This document shows positions 58,076 through 64,000 of a stretch of 64,000 nucleotides of DNA, in pieces. The notes beneath the pieces are model-generated. The model searched no databases, was not told the origin of the DNA, and saw only the letters and a list, made by a program, of their open reading frames with translations. The translations under genes were made by a program, and so were the position numbers. The stretch is from NCBI GenBank assembly GCA_963813535.1, contig CAWEZH010000002.1, forward strand, positions 1,280,001 to 1,344,000, in the 5' to 3' direction. Every line of letters begins with the position of its first letter. The first letter of the stretch is position 1. This DNA comes from an uncultured Chloroflexia bacterium. GTDB taxonomy: Bacteria > Chloroflexota > Limnocylindria > Limnocylindrales > CSP1-4.

Positions 58076-59097
58076 CCAACCCGTTCCGCCGCCGATCCGC
58101 GGCCGATCTCTCGGTGCCGGCCAAGATCGTCGCGTTCCTGCTCCTGTGTGGCTGGGCGATCGTCGTCCTGTTCCCGATCTACTGGTTGATCGTGACGTCG
58201 TTCAAGACCCCGTACGACGTCGACAAGGGTCCGTTCTACCTGCCGTTCGTGGATTTCCAGCCGACCCTCGATGCGTGGCGCTACATCCTGGTCGAGCTCG
58301 GCAATGACACGCTCCGCCCGTACGTGAACACGGTGATCGTGGGCCTGACCAGCGCGACCATCGCCCTGGTGATGGGGTCGTTCACGGCCTACGCACTCGT
58401 GCGCTTCACCTATCGGCCAAAGCTCGGGCTGATCGGCGTGGCCATCGGGACGATCGCGTTCGCGTTCGTGGCCATGGCCATCGGAGCGCCCGTGCCGATC
58501 GCCGTCGCTGCGGCCGTCGCGATCTTCATCCTGCTCGCCCAGACGATCGGGCGGCGCTTCCGCCGGACACTGGCCAACAGCGACATCGCGTTCTGGCTGA
58601 TCTCGCAGCGGATCCTGCCGCCGATCGCCATCGCGATCCCGCTCTACGTGCTGTTCCAGCAGGTCGGGCTGCTGGACAGCCTGGCGGCACTCGTGATCAC
58701 CTACGTCGCTGCCAACCTCCCGATCGTCGTCTGGCTCATGCGCGAGTACTTCATGTCGCTGCCGCGCGAGCTCGAGGAGTCCGCCGCCGTCGACGGTGCG
58801 TCGGTCTACCAGATCGTGCGGTCGATCGTGCTGCCCATCTCGGTACCGGGCCTGGTGGCGACATTTCTCATCGTCCTGATCTTCGCGTGGAACGAATTCC
58901 TCATCGCGCTCGTGCTGACCAGCGCCGATGCGCAGACGATGCCCCTCCAGGTCGCCGCCCAGAATGCGACCCGCGGGCCGCAGTGGTGGGCGATGTCGGT
59001 CCTGATCATCATCATGATCACCCCCGTGGTCGTGATGGCGATCGCCCTCGAGCGGTTCATCACACGGGGCATCCTCGTCGGTGCATTGAAGGGCTGA
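58072..59097 (+). CDS. Carbohydrate ABC transporter permease
   Basis: LPRELEESAAVDGAS, FAWNEF, GALKG. Confidence 0.92.
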   Translation: MTNPFRRRSAADLSVPAKIVAFLLLCGWAIVVLFPIYWLIVTSFKTPYDVDKGPFYLPFVDFQPTLDAWRYILVELGNDTLRPYVNTVIVGLTSATIALVMGSFTAYALVRFTYRPKLGLIGVAIGTIAFAFVAMAIGAPVPIAVAAAVAIFILLAQTIGRRFRRTLANSDIAFWLISQRILPPIAIAIPLYVLFQQVGLLDSLAALVITYVAANLPIVVWLMREYFMSLPRELEESAAVDGASVYQIVRSIVLPISVPGLVATFLIVLIFAWNEFLIALVLTSADAQTMPLQVAAQNATRGPQWWAMSVLIIIMITPVVVMAIALERFITRGILVGALKG

Positions 59098-59100
59098 GGC

Positions 59101-60402
59101 GTGACCAGGATCTCCGAGCTCGACGTCCTCGACATCCGCTTCCCGACGTCACGCGACCTCGATGGGTCGGACGCGATGAACCCGGACCCCGACTACTCCG
59201 CGGCGTACGTCGTCGTCCGCGACAAGGCCGGTGACGACCTCGAGGGCCACGGCCTGACGTTCACGATCGGACGCGGCACGGAGGTCGTCGTCTCGGCGGT
59301 CGAGGCACTCCGGCCGTTGGTCGTGGGACGCTCGAGCGAGGAGCTGTTCGCCGACATGGGCGCGTTCTGGCGGTCGCTGGTCGGCGATAGCCAGCTGCGC
59401 TGGATCGGCCCGGAGAAGGGCGTCATCCACCTCGCCACGGCCGCGGTCGTCAACGCGGTGTGGGACCTGTTCGCGAAGCGGGCCGGGAAGCCGCTCTGGC
59501 AGCTCGTCGCCGACATGTCACCGGCCGAGCAGGTCGCGCTGGTCGACTTCCGCTACATCACCGACCTGCTAACGCCCGACGCCGCCCTCGCCCGTCTCGA
59601 GCGACTGGCACCGACACGTGGTGAGCGCGTGGCGGAGCTGCGGCGCGACGGCTATCCCGCGTACACCACGTCCGTCGGATGGCTCGGCTACCCGGACGAC
59701 AAGGTGCGTCGCCTGTGCCGGGAGGCGATCGCCGAGGGCTGGACCCGCTTCAAGATGAAGGTCGGGGCGGACGTGGCCGACGACATCCGGCGGGGCGGCA
59801 TCATCCGCGAGGAGATCGGCCCCGACCGCATGCTGGCGGTCGACGCCAACCAGCGCTGGGACGTGGGGCAGGCGATCGACTGGATGCGCCAGCTCGCGCC
59901 CATCGACCCGTACTGGATCGAGGAGCCGACGAGTCCCGACGACATCCTCGGTCACGCGGCGATCGCCCGGGCCGTGGCGCCGGTCAGGGTCGCGACCGGC
60001 GAACACGTCCACAACCGGGTGATGTTCAAACAGCTATTGCAAGCCGACGCGATCGGCGTTTGCCAGATCGACGCGTGCCGGCTTGGCGGCGTCAACGAGG
60101 TCCTGGCGGTCCTGCTCATGTCGGCCGAGACCGGTGTTCCGGTCTGCCCGCACGCCGGCGGCGTCGGACTGTGTGAGTTGGTCCAGCACCTGTCGATCAT
60201 CGACTACGTGTGCGTCAGCGGCTCACTCGAGGGCCGGATGATCGAGTACGTCGACCACCTCCACGAGCACTTCCTCGACCCGGTGATCATCCGCGATGGG
60301 TCGTACCTGGTCCCGACGCGGCCCGGCTACAGCGCCCAGATGCGGCCCGCGTCGCTCGAGCGATACCGCTACCCGGGCGGTGCCGCCTGGGCGAACGCGT
60401 GA
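59101..60402 (+). CDS. L-fuconate dehydratase (enolase superfamily)
   Basis: [52 protein letters not shown]. Confidence 0.93.
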   Translation: MTRISELDVLDIRFPTSRDLDGSDAMNPDPDYSAAYVVVRDKAGDDLEGHGLTFTIGRGTEVVVSAVEALRPLVVGRSSEELFADMGAFWRSLVGDSQLRWIGPEKGVIHLATAAVVNAVWDLFAKRAGKPLWQLVADMSPAEQVALVDFRYITDLLTPDAALARLERLAPTRGERVAELRRDGYPAYTTSVGWLGYPDDKVRRLCREAIAEGWTRFKMKVGADVADDIRRGGIIREEIGPDRMLAVDANQRWDVGQAIDWMRQLAPIDPYWIEEPTSPDDILGHAAIARAVAPVRVATGEHVHNRVMFKQLLQADAIGVCQIDACRLGGVNEVLAVLLMSAETGVPVCPHAGGVGLCELVQHLSIIDYVCVSGSLEGRMIEYVDHLHEHFLDPVIIRDGSYLVPTRPGYSAQMRPASLERYRYPGGAAWANA

Positions 60403-60722
60403 AGCGGTACGGCCAGCGGATCCGAGTCCGCCCCGAGTCCATCGAGGATTACGAGCGGCTGCACGCCGACCCGTGGCCGGGCGTGCTCGAACGGATCCAC
60501 CGCTCGAACATCCGCAACTACTCGATCTTTCGGCACGGGACCGACCTGTTCGCCTACTTCGAGTACGTCGGCGACGACTTCGCGGCGGACATGGCGGCGA
60601 TGGCCGCCGACGAGACCACCCAGCGCTGGTGGGCCCTCACCGACGCCATGCAGGACCCGCTGCCCGACCGCCAGCCGGGCACCTGGTGGACGGCGATCGA
60701 GGAGGTCTTCCACACCGACTGA
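60399..60722 (+). CDS. L-rhamnose/L-fucose mutarotase (DUF718)
   Basis: [31 protein letters not shown]. Confidence 0.9.
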   Translation: MKRYGQRIRVRPESIEDYERLHADPWPGVLERIHRSNIRNYSIFRHGTDLFAYFEYVGDDFAADMAAMAADETTQRWWALTDAMQDPLPDRQPGTWWTAIEEVFHTD

Positions 60723-60734
60723 CCGCCGGTCCGG

Positions 60735-61844
60735 TCAGGCGGGGCTCGCGACGACCCGCGATTCTTCGGCCCGGAGGCGGGCGTAGCCCGGCTTGACGAC
60801 CTCATTGATGAGGCGGAGTCGCTCGTCGAACGGCGCGAACGCCGACTTGAGGGCGTTGATCGTCAGCCACTCCATCTCGCCGAGGCCGATACGGAACGCC
60901 TCGTCGAGGGCAGCGAACTCGCTCGACATCGAGACGCCGCTCATCAGCCGGTTATCGGTGTTGAGGGTCACCCGGAAGCGCAGTCGCCGGAGCAGGTCGA
61001 TGGGGTGCTCCGCGATCGAGGGGGCGGCCGCGGTGTGCACGTTCGACGTCGGGCACATCTCCAGGGGCACGCGACGGTCACGGACGAATGTCGCGAGCCG
61101 ACCGAGCTCGACCGTCCCGTCGTCGCGCACGCTGATGTCGTCGACGATGCGGACGCCGTGGCCCAGCCGCTCGGCACCGCAGTACTGGAGCGCTTCCCAG
61201 ATCGACGGCAGCCCGAACGACTCGCCGGCATGGATCGTGATGTGGAAGTTCTCGCGACGGACGTACTCGAACGCGTCGAGGTGGCGCGTCGGTCGGTAGC
61301 CGGCTTCGGGTCCGGCGATGTCGAAACCGACCACGCCCGCGTCGCGCCAGCGGACGGCGCATTCGGCGACCTCGACCGAGCGAGCGGCTTGGCGCATGGC
61401 CGTGACGAGCATCTTCATGACGATCGGATGGCCGGCCGCCTCGGCGTTCCGTGCCCCGATCGAGAAGCCCTCGAGGTTCGCGGCCACCACGTCGTCGAGC
61501 GTCAGGCCACGTTCCGTGGACAGCTCGGGGGCGTAGCGGACCTCGGCGTATACGACACCGTCGGCGGCCAGGTCCTCCGCGCACTCGGCCGCGACCCGGA
61601 CGATCGCGTCGCGCTCCTGCATCACGCCGACGGTGTGGGCGAAGGTCTCGAGATAGAGCTCGAGGGACTTGCGGTCGGCGCCTCGACGGATGTGCGCCGC
61701 CAACTCGTCGGGATCGGTCGTGGGTAGCCCGTCGTAGCCGTGCTCGGCGGCCAGATCGACGATCGTCGACGGTCGCAACCCACCGTCGAGGTGGTCGTGG
61801 AGCAACGCCTTGGGAGCCTGGCGGATCGTCTCCTGACGCAGCAT
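60735..61844 (-). CDS. add: Adenosine deaminase
   Basis: [30 protein letters not shown]. Confidence 0.94.
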   Translation of the reverse strand: MLRQETIRQAPKALLHDHLDGGLRPSTIVDLAAEHGYDGLPTTDPDELAAHIRRGADRKSLELYLETFAHTVGVMQERDAIVRVAAECAEDLAADGVVYAEVRYAPELSTERGLTLDDVVAANLEGFSIGARNAEAAGHPIVMKMLVTAMRQAARSVEVAECAVRWRDAGVVGFDIAGPEAGYRPTRHLDAFEYVRRENFHITIHAGESFGLPSIWEALQYCGAERLGHGVRIVDDISVRDDGTVELGRLATFVRDRRVPLEMCPTSNVHTAAAPSIAEHPIDLLRRLRFRVTLNTDNRLMSGVSMSSEFAALDEAFRIGLGEMEWLTINALKSAFAPFDERLRLINEVVKPGYARLRAEESRVVASPA

Positions 61845-61974
61845 GTGGCGGGATGGTACAAGCCTGCGGCAAGCGTGGTCGCCATCGACCATTGACCGAT
61901 TCGCGGGGCTCGGCGGACCATAGGGGGAGTCCGGTCCGGTGAGGACCGATACAGGAACAGGGGGTTTCGCCACG

Positions 61975-62733
61975 GTGCACTCCACGATCGCCGCCCGACG
62001 CAGCACGCTCCTCCGACTCGTGATGACAGGGCTGATGGCGCTGGTCGCGCTCGGCGCACCGGTCGCCGTCGCAGCCGCCGGTTCGGCGACGTACCGCGAT
62101 TGCACGTCGATCGACGTCGCCGCCGGGGCGGACCTCCACCGCTGCAACCTCGCCGATTCGACGATCATCGGGCTCGACCTGCACGGCATCAACGTTGCGT
62201 GGTCCGATCTGTCGCGCGTCAGCGGCGGGTGTGACCCGGACCTGCCGCGGACGAACCTGGCCGGCGCGATCGCCTATCGCGCGATCTTCGTGGACGCCCA
62301 GCTATGCGACGCGATCCTGAGCGGGGCCGACCTGCATGGCTCGGATCTGACGGGTGCCTCCCTCGAGGACGCCTCCGTGGACGGGGCGAATCTGTCCCGG
62401 GCGACGCTTACCGGTGCGGGTGCGGCATTCGCCCCATTCATGGACAGCGACCTGTCCAACGCTGTCTGGCGCGACGGATTCGCGAACGGCGCCACGTTCG
62501 ATGGCGCCGACCTTCACCGCATCGACTTCCGGGGCACGGACCTGCGGTCGTCGAGCTTCGTGGGTTCGGATCTCCGCTATGCGCAGCTTGACGGCGTCGA
62601 TCTCAGCGATGCCGACCTGACGGACGCGAACCTTCGACGAGCGACCGGCCTCGCGTCGGCGACGTTCTCGAACACGACGTGTGCGGACGGGACCAATAGC
62701 GATGCCAATGGCGGGACCTGCGTCGGTCACTGA
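61975..62733 (+). CDS. Secreted pentapeptide-repeat protein
   Basis: Signal peptide, A(D/N)Lxx repeats, terminal [12 protein letters not shown]. Confidence 0.88.
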   Translation: MHSTIAARRSTLLRLVMTGLMALVALGAPVAVAAAGSATYRDCTSIDVAAGADLHRCNLADSTIIGLDLHGINVAWSDLSRVSGGCDPDLPRTNLAGAIAYRAIFVDAQLCDAILSGADLHGSDLTGASLEDASVDGANLSRATLTGAGAAFAPFMDSDLSNAVWRDGFANGATFDGADLHRIDFRGTDLRSSSFVGSDLRYAQLDGVDLSDADLTDANLRRATGLASATFSNTTCADGTNSDANGGTCVGH

Positions 62734-62766
62734 CCGACGCCGCCTGCGAGGAGCGCTCTTCGTGTC

Positions 62767-64000
62767 CTAGGGCTGGGCGCCCTCGAGCCGTCGCCGGGCC
62801 GCGCTGAGTGCATCCGCGACTCGCGTCGGGGCGGTGCCACCGATGACGTCGCAGGAGGCAAGCGCACCGTCCACCGACGCTGCCCCACGCACGATCTCGC
62901 CGATCGTCTCGTCGTCGGCGAGGGCCTTGGCGCTCGGGTCGCCCGCGGCACCGAGCGCCAGGCCGATCATCGGGTCGGGAACCTGGTCGAGCCGGACGCC
63001 GGCCTCTTCGGCCTGGGCGACGATCGAACCGACGACGTGGTGGGCGACGCGGAACGGGATACCGCGGCGTACGAGGGCATCGGCGACCGCGGTCGCGGTG
63101 GTATAGCCCTCGTCGGCCGCGGTCCGCATGCGTTCGCGATCGACCGCGACCGTGTCGAGCAGGCCGCTCATGACGCCGAGGGACGCCGCATACACGGCGA
63201 CCGCGTCGAACAGTGGCGCCTTGTCCTCCTGCAGGTCGCGCTGGTACGCGAGCGGAAGACCCTTGACCAAGGTCAGCAGCCCGGCTTGGGCGCCGATGAC
63301 CCGCGCTGCACGTCCGCGGACGAGCTCGGCCGGGTCGGGGTTCCTCTTGTTCGGCATGACCGACGAGCCGGTCGAGAAGGCATCACTCACCCGCACGAAG
63401 CCGAACCGGGGGTTCGACCACCACGTGATCTCCTCGGCGAGCCGGCTGAGGTGGACCATACCCAGGGCGATCGCTCCGACGATCTCGATGACGAAGTCGC
63501 GGTCGCTCACGGCATCGAGTGAGTTGGCGGTCACGCCGTCGAAGCCGAGCTCCTGCGCCGAGGCCTCGCGGTCGAGCGGGAAGCCCGCTCCCGCCAACGG
63601 CCCGGCACCGAGCGGCGAGACATTGGCACGCCGGCGGGCATCGGCGAGACGTGCCCGGTCGCGCTCGGCCATCTCGACATAGGCCAGCAGGTGATGGGCG
63701 AACAGGACGGGCTGGGCCGGCTGGATGTGCGTGGTGCCGGGCAGGATCGCGGTGCCCTCGCGCTCGGCCAGTCCCACGAGCGCCATCTCGAACGAGACCA
63801 GTGCCTTGTCGAGCCGGTCGATCGCACGACGCGACCACAGTCGAAGGTCCGTGGCGACCTGATCGTTGCGCGAGCGACCCGTCTGCAGCTTCCCGGCCAC
63901 GGCGCCGATCCGCTCGGCGAGCGCCGACTCGAGGTTGAGGTGGACGTCCTCGAGCTCGGGATCCCAGGCCATCGACCCATCGGCGACGGCCCCGGCCAGG
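62767..64000 (-). CDS. argH: Argininosuccinate lyase, 5' end outside window
   Basis: EDVH, GRSRNDQ, TGSSVMPNKRNPD, YQRDLQEDK. Confidence 0.95.
   Translation of the reverse strand, partial: LAGAVADGSMAWDPELEDVHLNLESALAERIGAVAGKLQTGRSRNDQVATDLRLWSRRAIDRLDKALVSFEMALVGLAEREGTAILPGTTHIQPAQPVLFAHHLLAYVEMAERDRARLADARRRANVSPLGAGPLAGAGFPLDREASAQELGFDGVTANSLDAVSDRDFVIEIVGAIALGMVHLSRLAEEITWWSNPRFGFVRVSDAFSTGSSVMPNKRNPDPAELVRGRAARVIGAQAGLLTLVKGLPLAYQRDLQEDKAPLFDAVAVYAASLGVMSGLLDTVAVDRERMRTAADEGYTTATAVADALVRRGIPFRVAHHVVGSIVAQAEEAGVRLDQVPDPMIGLALGAAGDPSAKALADDETIGEIVRGAASVDGALASCDVIGGTAPTRVADALSAARRRLEGAQP

Overview
This is a very GC-rich, densely coding bacterial chromosome segment. No rRNA, tRNA, CRISPR array or mobile element is detectable. 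The gene content (F420 biosynthesis, many LLM/PPOX enzymes, Pro-Thr-linker surface proteins, leaderless genes) suggests a soil Chloroflexota or other Terrabacteria member; this is inference only. Recognisable blocks are: an amidinotransferase/M20 pair; a 9-27 kb region of stress-type genes, small proteins, topoisomerase IB, two paralogous kinases and one OmpR-family regulator; aceE; a cofD-cofC-cofE F420 cluster; trxB; argCJBRG with tandem ARG boxes (argG frameshifted); an IclR-controlled non-phosphorylative L-fucose-type catabolic cluster; adenosine deaminase; and a partial argH. The strongest unannotated signal is a direct-repeat motif (about YGHNA-N6-TGHWA, 11-bp period) sitting exactly 44 nt upstream of a -10-like hexamer at seven separate promoters in the stress region. 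Further copies lie before a kinase and the response-regulator operon. One of the seven promoters appears to drive a roughly 100-nt non-coding RNA carrying an exposed anti-Shine-Dalgarno sequence. Together these suggest an undescribed two-component general-stress regulon with sRNA feedback. All calls were made by eye with no database searches.
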